Assembly (NCBI GenBank): GCA_023421675.1
Contig: JAEZTC010000013.1
Coordinates: forward strand, 464,037 to 528,036
Direction of reading: 5' to 3'
DNA length: 64,000 nucleotides
DNA from: Bacillota bacterium
GTDB lineage: Bacteria > Bacillota > Clostridia > Acetivibrionales > JANLFN01
This document shows positions 46,175-55,292 of this stretch, piece by piece. Below the pieces are notes generated by a model. It was not told the origin of the DNA and did no database searches. It saw nothing but the letters and a program-made list of their open reading frames with translations. Positions within the stretch are counted from its first letter, which is position 1. Each line of letters starts with the position of its first letter. The position numbers and the translations under genes were made by a program.

Positions 46175-47146
46175 TCATTTTTTATTAATATTAATATCTC
46201 CGCTTATTTCCATACCTGTATTAAAGCCTGTTCCTTCAAAAATTACCGCACCATCATCTGCTGAAAGTTTAACTTCTGATACAGCTGAAATACTTTCAAT
46301 AATTTCACGGCTCATGATGCCATTTTTCGGTGCTTTCAGCACTAATCCCGGTGTATTTACCACTTTCATTGAAAGGGTATTTTTTTTATCTTTAAGGATA
46401 AATTCCAATGTATTATCTTGGTAGTTGAGCTTATCAACCTTAGCACCGGTGTATGTAGCAAATTTATAAAATCTCTCTCCTATTCTTATAAAAGATATAA
46501 AGCCATTAAAGGATGACATTAAAAAAGGGACTTTTGCTGTTGAAAACATTACAGAAACGTCACCGTTTTCAAAATTATTGCATTGAACCCAAACCCAATT
46601 GTCAGGGAATGATTTCCCCCAATCCTTTTCAATATAACCATGACCATTGTCGAATGAAAGTTGTTTCCCGTCAATTTTTAGAGTACCGCTTACCTCATGG
46701 TGGACATTTATGACACCATGTCTGCACTGCATAAAGGGCATGTATGAAAAAGGACCCATTATTCCCGGACTTAAAAAGCCTTTGGGGAAAGGTACAATAT
46801 TTTTAAAGTCTAGCTTACCATTTACTGAGCCAGTTTTGTTGTCTAAGTCAAGAATCATTGTTTTTTTGTCAAAATAACTTTTGCCTATTCTTATCTTGAA
46901 TTCCTTGGACGAATGATCAAAATCTGAAAGCTTATATTTAAAATACTTGAACTTTCCGCTTAAAGAGTCAATTACCTGTACAAAAGAGTGGGAATCCTCC
47001 TTGCTCTTTCCCAGCGATATTCCAGGTATGACAGCAATTACATTCTTTTTACTTACGTCTGCGGCCTTAAAATACCAGCCTTCAAAGTAATTCTTCTTTT
47101 GATTTCTGCCCTGAAAAAACTCAGGATTGGATGCTTTAAAAGCCAT
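46175..47146 (-). CDS. Tocopherol-cyclase-like family protein
   Basis: The N-terminal NYFEGWYFK motif and a length of about 320 aa resemble bacterial members of the tocopherol cyclase family. It sits directly upstream of the FAD/Rieske gene in the same operon (15-nt gap). Confidence 0.5.
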   Translation of the reverse strand: MAFKASNPEFFQGRNQKKNYFEGWYFKAADVSKKNVIAVIPGISLGKSKEDSHSFVQVIDSLSGKFKYFKYKLSDFDHSSKEFKIRIGKSYFDKKTMILDLDNKTGSVNGKLDFKNIVPFPKGFLSPGIMGPFSYMPFMQCRHGVINVHHEVSGTLKIDGKQLSFDNGHGYIEKDWGKSFPDNWVWVQCNNFENGDVSVMFSTAKVPFLMSSFNGFISFIRIGERFYKFATYTGAKVDKLNYQDNTLEFILKDKKNTLSMKVVNTPGLVLKAPKNGIMSREIIESISAVSEVKLSADDGAVIFEGTGFNTGMEISGDININKK

Positions 47147-47276
47147 TAGCTTCTTCCGTCCTTTATCTTCTTATTAACATATATTGTTCCTTTTTTTTTA
47201 TACACTATGTTAAATAAAATCTGGTTTGGACTAATATAAATTAGAAAAAATTATCAAATACATATTGACAAATAGT

Positions 47277-47305
47277 TTGACTTTGCCTTAAACTGAAAAT
47301 AATAT
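47277..47305 (+). promoter_or_regulatory. Candidate sigma-A promoter (TTGACT-17-TAATAT) driving a structured leader or small RNA
   Basis: Read directly: the -35 is at 47277-47282 and the -10 at 47300-47305, with an exact 17-nt spacer. Confidence 0.55.
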
Positions 47306-47372
47306 TTTAATATTAATAGAGCAGGCGATCGGTATATACCGGTGGGGCTGGGCCTAAGGCAGCAGGGATAAA

Positions 47373-47424
47373 ATACCTGTGGGACTATAATTCTAATCAA
47401 TTATGGTGCCACAGGTATTTTTTT
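47373..47424 (+). terminator. Strong Rho-independent terminator inside the leader, about 180 nt upstream of the ABC exporter start
   Basis: The 10-bp stem AUACCUGUGG/CCACAGGUAU encloses an inner 6-bp stem AUAAUU/AAUUAU. Seven U follow. Confidence 0.8.
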
Positions 47425-47482
47425 ATAATGCTTAGGAAATTATGGTTCTACCTTGATTTATTAATTTCCGCTAGAAGCATTT

Positions 47483-47521
47483 CAACAAAGTCTTCATTAT
47501 TGTCTTTTTCTAAGACTTTGT
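47483..47521. repeat. Perfect 11-bp inverted repeat (AACAAAGTCTT-17 nt-AAGACTTTGTT)
   Basis: Read directly. It lies between the leader terminator and the ABC ATPase start codon, and no T-run follows it. Confidence 0.85.
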
Positions 47522-47602
47522 TCTACCATGATGGATTGTAATTCATCAGGACAAAACCATACCTGGACATAATTGAAATTTAATATTCAGGGGGTACTAA
47601 AA

Positions 47603-48310
47603 ATGGAAAAGACCTTGTTTAAAACCGAAAACCTGACAAAAGAATATGATATGGGTGAGGTCAAAGTTAAAGCACTCGATTCGGTATCAATTCAAATTCC
47701 GGAAGGAAAGCTGGTAGTTGTTCTGGGCCCCAGCGGATCTGGAAAGAGTACACTATTGAATATTCTTGGAGGGATGGATAGTCCGTCATCAGGAAAATTA
47801 TTTTTTAAGGGTACCGATATCTCATCCTATAATAATTCCGATTTAACGGCCTTCAGACGTAATAATATGGGCTTTGTTTTTCAATTCTATAATCTTATGC
47901 CAAACCTTACAGCTCATGAAAATGTTGAACTTGCTACTGAAATAAGCAAACAGCCTCTTAATATTATGGAAGTGCTTGAAGTTGTGGGAATAAAGGACAG
48001 AGCAGGACATTTTCCTTCACAGTTGAGCGGAGGTGAACAGCAGAGGGTTGCAATAGCAAGAGCTGTTGCCAAGAATCCTGATGTTCTGTTATGTGATGAA
48101 CCGACAGGTGCGTTGGATTATACAACAGGTATCAAAATTCTTAAGCTTTTAAGCGATATTAACAAAACAACCGGAAAATCTGTAATTATAATTACTCACA
48201 ATCAGCCTATCGCAGATATGGCTGACATAGTCCTTAGAATGAGAGATGGCAATGTTTCCAGTATTCATTTTAATGACAATCCTTTAGAACCTGAAAAAAT
48301 AGTGTGGTAA
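47603..48310 (+). CDS. ABC transporter ATP-binding protein (MacB/LolD/FtsE-like exporter ATPase)
   Basis: ATG at 47603 follows aggggg (the ORF opens at 47573). Walker [10 protein letters not shown], signature [14 protein letters not shown], Walker [12 protein letters not shown]. Confidence 0.9.
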   Translation: MEKTLFKTENLTKEYDMGEVKVKALDSVSIQIPEGKLVVVLGPSGSGKSTLLNILGGMDSPSSGKLFFKGTDISSYNNSDLTAFRRNNMGFVFQFYNLMPNLTAHENVELATEISKQPLNIMEVLEVVGIKDRAGHFPSQLSGGEQQRVAIARAVAKNPDVLLCDEPTGALDYTTGIKILKLLSDINKTTGKSVIIITHNQPIADMADIVLRMRDGNVSSIHFNDNPLEPEKIVW

Positions 48311-48353
48311 CCTTTTAACTGCTTAATTCAGCCATTTCCGGAGGATATAAATT

Positions 48354-50720
48354 ATGAAAAAAATAAATTTGATTTTAAAAAGAGAAATCATAAAGGGCAA
48401 GGGACAGTTCATTGCTGCAGCATTGGTTGTATTAATCGGTGTTGCGGCTTTCCTGGCAACTTATACATCATATCTGAATTTAAATAATTCTGCAAAATCA
48501 TATTATGACAAGTATAATTTACTTGATTATTATGCACAGGTTAAAAGTATTTCTGATAATGAAATTCAACAGGTTGGCAAAATTCAAGGTGTAAAAAATT
48601 CTTCGGGTCGTATATGTGTTGATATTACCGGTGATATGGGAAGTGACAGAAGAGCAACTCTTAGAGCAATATCGGTTCCGGATAACAGTGAACCCGCAAT
48701 TAACCGGCTTCATTTTGTTAAAGGTAGCTTTTTTGATAGTAATAGTTTTGATGAATGTCTTATAAGTGACAAGTTTGCAAGCTTTTATAAGCTAAAAACA
48801 GGGGATACAGTAAAGACAAATATCCAGGGTAACCCTTATGAGTTTAAAATTCATGGAATTGTAAACAGTCCTGAATATGTTTATGCAATCAAATCTGCTG
48901 CAACACTTTTGACTTCAGACGGGGACTTTGGAATTATTTATATAAAAGAGTCACAGTTAAAGAAAATGACAGGTGCAGGCGATGCATTCAACCAGGTTCA
49001 TTTTACTTTGTCAGAACAATATAATAATCCCGATACTATTAAAAAAATAGAAAATGCTTTAAAACCGGCGGGCTTTTTATACGGTATGGTACGTAAGGAT
49101 CTGGCCAGTTATGCGATGCTTAGCGATGATATAAACATGCTGGAAGAACTTGCTGTAATTCTTCCATTGCTGTTCCTTTCAGTAGCAGCAATGATTATTT
49201 ATGTAATATTAAAAAGAGTTGTTAATAATCAAAGAACCCTGATTGGTGTTATGAAAGCGTTTGGGTATTCTGACAAAAAGGTATTAAAACATTACATTTC
49301 ATATTCGCTGCTAGTAGCATTAACCGGTGCAGTACCTGGAACGATATTTGGTATGGGTTTGGGAGCCTTGATTACAAGAATGTATACTCAGTTCTATAAC
49401 ATTCCTGAGTTGAGTGTTAAAATATATTGGACAGAAATGCTGCTGGGAATATTGGTAAGTATAATATTCAGTCTTGTAGCGGGTTACAATTCAACAAAAA
49501 AAATCTTAAAGCTTGAACCGGCTCAATCCATGAGGTCGGAGCCTCCTGTTTCGGGTAATAAGATACTTGTTGAAAAAATAAAACCGTTGTGGAAAAAGTT
49601 ATCCTTTGGCTGGAAAATGAGTATCAGAAATATTTTTCGGGCCCGTCAAAGAGCTGTCATGACAATGATAGGTTTTGTGTTTACAATAGTTTTGCTGGTG
49701 GGTACGCTTTTCTTTCTGGATTCCATGAATTATATTTCAGATGAGTATTATAAGGATTTTCAAAGACAGGACTACAAGGTTTTATTCAATAGCCCGGTGC
49801 AGTATGATGAAACATACAAATTGTTGAAAACAGAAGGAATAAACAAGCTTGATCCCATACTGGAACTACCGGTTGAGATTATAAAGGATAATAAAAAATC
49901 GGACATGATGTTAACGGCAATTGGAAAAGATAATACTCTTTACAAGCTGAAAGATAAGGAAGATAACAAAATGACTGTTCCCAAGGGTGGAGTTATTCTT
50001 CCGCATTCAATGGCTGAGAAGATTTCTGTTAATATTGGTGACGTTGTAACAATAAAATCACATGTTCCCGGGTTTGATACTGCAAAGGTGAAAGTTGTCG
50101 GCATAATGAAACAATATATTGGTTTCAGCTGTTATATGAATATAGAAGATTTAAAGCAATATACGCAGAATCAAAAACTTGCAAATGCTGCGTTAATTAA
50201 GGTTAATGACGGAATGGACGGGAAGGTACAGCATAATTTATATCAAAATAAGAGTGTTGACTTCCTGGAGAGCAGATTAACCTCAGCTGAAACTTTTGAT
50301 AAATTTACAGGGATTATCTACATCTTTATCGGTGTACTGGTTGCTTTTGCGCTCGTGATGGGAGGAGCAATTGTGTTTAATTCAACCGTCATAAATATAA
50401 TGGAGAGAAAGCGTGAACTTGCATCTCTTAAGGTGTTGGGGTATTCATTAAAGGAAATAAAGCTTGTAATTTTAAGGGAGAACATGTTGCTTGGTTTCCT
50501 CTCTCTGGTCCCGGGACTTATATTGGGAAGACTTATGTGCGGCTTCCTGGCAAATATGTTTAACAATAATTACTTCGTAATGCCTGTAATAGTCAATATA
50601 CCTACCTATATAATAGCTGCTTTAAGTATATTTGTTTTTGCAGGTTTTGCTCAGTTTGCTAACCGTAAGAATATGACGGGACTTGATATGGTAGAAACAT
50701 TAAAGAACAGGGAAGGTTAA
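48354..50720 (+). CDS. ABC transporter permease with two FtsX/MacB-type domains
   Basis: A 788-aa ORF. An N-terminal TM segment and large extracytoplasmic domain precede a 4-TM FtsX block, and this pattern is then repeated. It is adjacent to the ATPase gene. Confidence 0.85.
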   Translation: MKKINLILKREIIKGKGQFIAAALVVLIGVAAFLATYTSYLNLNNSAKSYYDKYNLLDYYAQVKSISDNEIQQVGKIQGVKNSSGRICVDITGDMGSDRRATLRAISVPDNSEPAINRLHFVKGSFFDSNSFDECLISDKFASFYKLKTGDTVKTNIQGNPYEFKIHGIVNSPEYVYAIKSAATLLTSDGDFGIIYIKESQLKKMTGAGDAFNQVHFTLSEQYNNPDTIKKIENALKPAGFLYGMVRKDLASYAMLSDDINMLEELAVILPLLFLSVAAMIIYVILKRVVNNQRTLIGVMKAFGYSDKKVLKHYISYSLLVALTGAVPGTIFGMGLGALITRMYTQFYNIPELSVKIYWTEMLLGILVSIIFSLVAGYNSTKKILKLEPAQSMRSEPPVSGNKILVEKIKPLWKKLSFGWKMSIRNIFRARQRAVMTMIGFVFTIVLLVGTLFFLDSMNYISDEYYKDFQRQDYKVLFNSPVQYDETYKLLKTEGINKLDPILELPVEIIKDNKKSDMMLTAIGKDNTLYKLKDKEDNKMTVPKGGVILPHSMAEKISVNIGDVVTIKSHVPGFDTAKVKVVGIMKQYIGFSCYMNIEDLKQYTQNQKLANAALIKVNDGMDGKVQHNLYQNKSVDFLESRLTSAETFDKFTGIIYIFIGVLVAFALVMGGAIVFNSTVINIMERKRELASLKVLGYSLKEIKLVILRENMLLGFLSLVPGLILGRLMCGFLANMFNNNYFVMPVIVNIPTYIIAALSIFVFAGFAQFANRKNMTGLDMVETLKNREG

Positions 50721-50827
50721 TTATTAAATAAAAACTAGTTATAAATAAAAAATATATTAAAAGGAAAAACACAAAATAAAGGAGCAAATTAAAAGGCTCT
50801 TTTATTTTGTACTCAAATGCCAGCAAA

Positions 50828-50845
50828 TATTATCGATTATTATCG
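50828..50845 (+). promoter_or_regulatory. Direct repeat TATTATCG x2 with 10-nt period, abutting the cluster promoter (candidate operator)
   Basis: Read directly: TATTATCG occurs at 50828-50835 and 50838-50845, ending 8 nt upstream of the -35 hexamer. Confidence 0.35.
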
Positions 50846-50853
50846 TTTAGTAA

Positions 50854-50882
50854 TTGACAACAAAAAAACAACAGAATATAAT
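50854..50882 (+). promoter_or_regulatory. Consensus sigma-A promoter (TTGACA-17-TATAAT) of the carbohydrate cluster
   Basis: Both hexamers are exact consensus with a 17-nt spacer. The -10 ends 39 nt before the ATG at 50922, and RBS aaggag lies between. Confidence 0.75.
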
Positions 50883-50921
50883 AATACATGAAAGTAAAAA
50901 TAACAACAAAGGAGATAATAT

Positions 50922-51941
50922 ATGAAGGACGGTAAAATTGGCATATGTCTAGTCGGAGCAGGAAGAGCAGGAATGATTCATGCAGTTAATTTTAAAAGCA
51001 GAGTACCCAATGCAGAAATGGTTGCAGTTGCCGATCCGTTTGAGCAGGCTTGTATTACTGCTTGCAAAGAACTTTCAATCTCAAAATATTATCTTGATTA
51101 CAGACAAGCTCTGGAGGATAAGGATATTGACGCTTTCGTTGTTGTTGCACCTACCGCTTACCATAAGGGTATTGTTGTTGATGCGGCTAGAGCAGGAAAA
51201 CATATATTGTGTGAAAAACCAATGGCAATGGACGAAAATGAATGTGATGAAATGATAAAGGTAACAAATGAGAATAAAGTAAAGCTCCAAATAGGTTTTA
51301 TGAGAAGATACGATGAAAGCTTCATGCAAGCGAAGGAAGTTGTAGAAAGCGGAGAAATTGGCAACGTTGTTATGGTAAGATCAAACACCAGAGGACCTAG
51401 TGTTCCTCAAAAATGGATGTATGACATTACTAAAAGCAACGGGCCTCTTGCAGAAGTTAACAGTCATGACATAGATACCTTGAGATGGTTTACCAACAGT
51501 GAATTCAAATCTGTTTATGCTATAGGCGGAAATTACAGATCCCCTGAAGCACTGCCTGATTTCCCTGACTTTTATGACAATGTTACTATGAATGCACAGT
51601 TTGAAAATGGAATGCAGGGAATAATTGACGGAGCACAGGGAGTGGCCTACGGTTACGATGCAAGGGTTGAAATACTGGGAACAAAGGGTATTATCTTCCT
51701 TGGTCAGGTTCATGAAAAATCAATTGCCGTATGTACAAAGGAAAAAGGTATCACAAGACCGATAATGAACAGCTGGAGATATCTTTTCAGGGAAGCTTAC
51801 CTTGAGGAAGACAGACATTTTGTAGAATGCATTCTTAACGACCTGACTCCAAAGGTTACCGGAGTTGATGGAAAAATGGCAGTAAAGGTTGTTAAAGCAG
51901 GTAATAAGTCAATAGTGGAAAAGAAAATTATAGAACTGTAA
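50922..51941 (+). CDS. Gfo/Idh/MocA-family NAD(P)-dependent oxidoreductase (inositol-2-dehydrogenase-like)
   Basis: N-terminal Rossmann motif GICLVGAGRAG and the EKP motif (ILCEKPMAM). The 339-aa length is IolG-like. Confidence 0.8.
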   Translation: MKDGKIGICLVGAGRAGMIHAVNFKSRVPNAEMVAVADPFEQACITACKELSISKYYLDYRQALEDKDIDAFVVVAPTAYHKGIVVDAARAGKHILCEKPMAMDENECDEMIKVTNENKVKLQIGFMRRYDESFMQAKEVVESGEIGNVVMVRSNTRGPSVPQKWMYDITKSNGPLAEVNSHDIDTLRWFTNSEFKSVYAIGGNYRSPEALPDFPDFYDNVTMNAQFENGMQGIIDGAQGVAYGYDARVEILGTKGIIFLGQVHEKSIAVCTKEKGITRPIMNSWRYLFREAYLEEDRHFVECILNDLTPKVTGVDGKMAVKVVKAGNKSIVEKKIIEL

Positions 51942-51972
51942 CTAATAATATTCATGACAAGGAGAATTAATT

Positions 51973-52923
51973 ATGAAACTACCGGAAAAGGCAACGCAGC
52001 CAACAATGTATTTTATAGGTGTTACTACTTCAAAATCATCAATTATGAAGCTGTTCCCATTATGGGCAAAAGCACTGGGTTTAAAGGATGCTGTAATAAA
52101 AGGCATAGATATTGAAATACATGCAAAGCCAGAGGTTTACCGCGAAGTTGTTGAATTTATTAAGAATGATGAGCTGTCACTTGGTGCACTTGTTACAACT
52201 CATAAAATAGACCTTTATAATGCTGCCAAAGATATGTTCGAATATCTTGATCCATATGCACAAATGTTTGGTGAGCTTTCTTCCATTTCAAAGAAAGACG
52301 GAAGGCTCGAGGGATTTGCAAAGGACCCTATATCAAGTGGCTTAGCAATGGAAGCCTTTATTCCTGAAAACTTCTTTAAGGATCACGGGGGCGAATTATT
52401 TATACTTGGTGCAGGTGGAAGTGCAATAGCAATTAGTTCATATCTTTTGAATAAAAGTAAGGGCGACAATATCCCTTCAAAAATTATTGTAGGCAACCGC
52501 AGCCAGCCAAGACTTGATGAAATTGCGAGAATTGTAAAAGAGATTAATTCCGACGTAAAATCCGAATACTACCTTACACCTGAAGCTGAAATAAGCGATG
52601 AGCTTCTTAAGAAGGTAAAGCCATATTCTGTAGTTATAAACGCTACAGGTCTTGGAAAGGATAGACCAGGTTCACCGCTTACAGACAAATGTGAATATCC
52701 TGAAAATTGTCTTGTATGGGAACTGAATTACCGCGGTGAATTAGATTTCATGCATCAGGCATTAAAACAAAAGGATACTAAGAAGCTTCATGTTGAAGAT
52801 GGTTGGATTTACTTCATACACGGCTGGACTCAGGTTATTGCAGAAGTATTCCATATTGAAATCAAAGGAAAGATATTTGATGAACTTGAAAGAATTGCTG
52901 GTGAAAGCTGTAAACCACAATAG
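51973..52923 (+). CDS. Shikimate/quinate-dehydrogenase-like family protein
   Basis: An AroE-like N-terminal substrate domain (IGVTTSKSS..., ALVTTHK) and a Rossmann motif ILGAGGSAIA. It is divergent from canonical AroE. Confidence 0.5.
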   Translation: MKLPEKATQPTMYFIGVTTSKSSIMKLFPLWAKALGLKDAVIKGIDIEIHAKPEVYREVVEFIKNDELSLGALVTTHKIDLYNAAKDMFEYLDPYAQMFGELSSISKKDGRLEGFAKDPISSGLAMEAFIPENFFKDHGGELFILGAGGSAIAISSYLLNKSKGDNIPSKIIVGNRSQPRLDEIARIVKEINSDVKSEYYLTPEAEISDELLKKVKPYSVVINATGLGKDRPGSPLTDKCEYPENCLVWELNYRGELDFMHQALKQKDTKKLHVEDGWIYFIHGWTQVIAEVFHIEIKGKIFDELERIAGESCKPQ

Positions 52924-52944
52924 TTTAACAATCATTATTTACTG

Positions 52945-52956
52945 TTTGTTAACAAA
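52945..52956. promoter_or_regulatory. 12-bp perfect palindrome TTTGTTAACAAA, 7 nt upstream of the internal promoter -35 (candidate operator)
   Basis: Read directly. Confidence 0.3.
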
Positions 52957-52963
52957 TGCATTA

Positions 52964-52992
52964 TTGACTTTCGAAAAACGATAAAATATAAT
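52964..52992 (+). promoter_or_regulatory. Near-consensus sigma-A promoter (TTGACT-17-TATAAT), internal to the cluster
   Basis: Read directly. It lies in the 178-nt gap before the Zn-dehydrogenase gene. Confidence 0.65.
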
Positions 52993-53101
52993 AAAATACA
53001 TCACCACTAATCGCTTTATATAACAAATATCAATAATGAATTATATTTTTATACTGCGTATTTTTTAAATTAACAATTCACTTGAATATGGGGGAATAAT
53101 A

Positions 53102-54148
53102 ATGCTAGCTGCAAGAATGTACGGCAAAGGCGACCTCAGAATAGAAAATGTCAATATTCCTGAAATAAATGAAAATGAAGTGCTTGTAAGGGTCAAATGT
53201 GCTGCTATATGCGGTACTGACGTAAGAATATTGGGAAACGGCAGCCCTTACGCTACAGAGAATAATCCAAGAATTCTGGGTCATGAATTAAGTGGAATTA
53301 TAGAAAAGGTTGGTTCAAATATTAAAGGATATAAGGAAGGTATGAGAGTTGCGGTTGCCCCAAATATGGGCTGTGGTATATGCAGCTTTTGTATAAGCGG
53401 AAACGGACAGCTTTGCAAGGATTACAGGGCGCTTGGAATAAATATAGATGGCGGCTTTGCGGAATTCGTTAAGATACCTGAAGAAGCTGTAAGGCAGGGA
53501 AACATAACTATACTTTCAGATTCGGTATCTTTTGAAGAAGCAGCTATTAATGAAGCATTTTCGTGTGCTTATAATGGTTTTTCGAGGTGTGCTCTGCAAC
53601 CTGGTGAAACCTGTCTAGTAATAGGTGCCGGTGCAATTGGAATAATGCATGCTAAGCTTGCGAAAATGCATGGTGCATCAAAGGTAATAATCAATGATCT
53701 TTCTCAGGAAAGGCTTGATGTTTGTAAAGAAATAGATGAGAGCTTCATGGTTTATTGTGGAAGTGATGGTCTTAAGGAGTTTATTGAAAAGGAAACCGGT
53801 GGAAACGGCGTTGATGTAACAATAGTAGCATGTCCTGCTCCACAGGCACAGATTATGGCACTTGAGCTTGCTGCTGTTAACGGCAGAATAAACTTTTTTG
53901 GCGGCCTGCCCACAGACAAACAGAATGTTCCAATCAACAGCAACCTTGTACATTACAAACAACTGATAATTACCGGAACCACAAGAGCGAGCCTTACACA
54001 ATACAGAAAAACACTTGATTTTATAGCTGCAGGGGTTATTGATGTTAAAAGGCTTGTTACAGGTAAATTCAAGCTTGAAGATATAAAGGCAGGTTTTGAA
54101 CTTTCAAGTGCAACAAAAGGATTGAAAAATGTAGTATATTTTGAATGA
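53102..54148 (+). CDS. Zinc-dependent medium-chain alcohol/polyol dehydrogenase (sorbitol/threonine-dehydrogenase-like)
   Basis: Catalytic Zn motif GHELSG, structural Zn Cys cluster (CGICSFCISGNGQLC), and Rossmann motif VIGAGAIG. Confidence 0.88.
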   Translation: MLAARMYGKGDLRIENVNIPEINENEVLVRVKCAAICGTDVRILGNGSPYATENNPRILGHELSGIIEKVGSNIKGYKEGMRVAVAPNMGCGICSFCISGNGQLCKDYRALGINIDGGFAEFVKIPEEAVRQGNITILSDSVSFEEAAINEAFSCAYNGFSRCALQPGETCLVIGAGAIGIMHAKLAKMHGASKVIINDLSQERLDVCKEIDESFMVYCGSDGLKEFIEKETGGNGVDVTIVACPAPQAQIMALELAAVNGRINFFGGLPTDKQNVPINSNLVHYKQLIITGTTRASLTQYRKTLDFIAAGVIDVKRLVTGKFKLEDIKAGFELSSATKGLKNVVYFE

Positions 54149-54254
54149 TTGTCACACTTAGCACCGTAAGCCAAATTGAATATTGAAGAATATTTGACAC
54201 GTTTAAGGCAGAAAATACAAAAATACTCAGGCTTAATAAGCAAGAGGTGTGATT

Positions 54255-55271
54255 ATGAAAAAGACTTATGAAAATGAAAATACAATAATGACGGTGAATG
54301 GACCTATCTGGAGCAAGGATTTGGGCTTTTGCCACAGCCATGAACATTTATTCATTGCAAAAGGCAAATCAGCTGAAATTAATCCGTCGTTATGTATTGA
54401 TAATTTTGAAAAGACTGTAAAAGAACTCAGACTCTTTAAAAAAGTCGGAGGAGAGAGTATTGTAGATGCTCAGCCCATAGGCTGCGGCAGGATGGCAAAC
54501 CTTCAGTATAAGGCATCTGCTGTTTCAGGTATCAATATTATTTCTTCTACAGGGTTTCATAAGCTTGAATTCTATAAAAACGGTCACTGGATAAATAAAT
54601 TAAGCATGGATGACCTTTCGGAAGTATTTATCAGTGAGTATGAAAAAGGCATGTATCTTGATGGAGATGATGAATATCCTTCCAGACGCATATGGGCAAA
54701 ACCTGGAGTTATAAAGGTTGCATCCGATGAAAACGGAATACGCAGCAGCTATATAAAATTATTTAATGCAGCAGCAGTAGCTTCAATTGAGACAGGGCTT
54801 CCTATCCTGGGTCACACTGAAATGGGTATTGCGGGACTAGCCCAGGCGGAATTTTTTCTTATTCGTGGTATTCCTGCTTCATCAATTGTAATCTGCCATA
54901 TGGACAGAAAGCTTAATGACTACAGTTATACAAAAGCAGTACTCAATACTGGTGTATATCTTGAGTTCGACACTATAGGAAGATTTAAATACCATTCGGA
55001 CGAGGATGAAGCAAAACTCATTTTAAAACTTGTTGAAGACGGATATGAGGACCAAATACTTATCGGTCTTGATACTACCCGTGAACGTTTCAAAAGTTAT
55101 AACGGTGTTATAGGATTGGACTATATAAAAGAGAGCTTTATACCTCTTCTTAAAAAATACGGTTTGTCACAATCCATAATAGACAAGTTTGTAATCAGTA
55201 ATCCATCGCGGGCATTCTCAAATCATAAAGCTAAATGTGTAAGTATTGATAAAAAAGTTCGCAGCATTTAA
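54255..55271 (+). CDS. Phosphotriesterase-homology (PTE/PHP, COG1735) amidohydrolase-superfamily protein, probable lactonase
   Basis: ATG at 54255 lies 7 nt after GAGG. The N-terminal metal motif is GFCHSHEHLF, with later H and D ligands (GHTE, CHMD, GLD) spaced as in PTE-like proteins. Confidence 0.75.
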   Translation: MKKTYENENTIMTVNGPIWSKDLGFCHSHEHLFIAKGKSAEINPSLCIDNFEKTVKELRLFKKVGGESIVDAQPIGCGRMANLQYKASAVSGINIISSTGFHKLEFYKNGHWINKLSMDDLSEVFISEYEKGMYLDGDDEYPSRRIWAKPGVIKVASDENGIRSSYIKLFNAAAVASIETGLPILGHTEMGIAGLAQAEFFLIRGIPASSIVICHMDRKLNDYSYTKAVLNTGVYLEFDTIGRFKYHSDEDEAKLILKLVEDGYEDQILIGLDTTRERFKSYNGVIGLDYIKESFIPLLKKYGLSQSIIDKFVISNPSRAFSNHKAKCVSIDKKVRSI

Positions 55272-55292
55272 TCAAATTTAAAGAGGTGCAAT

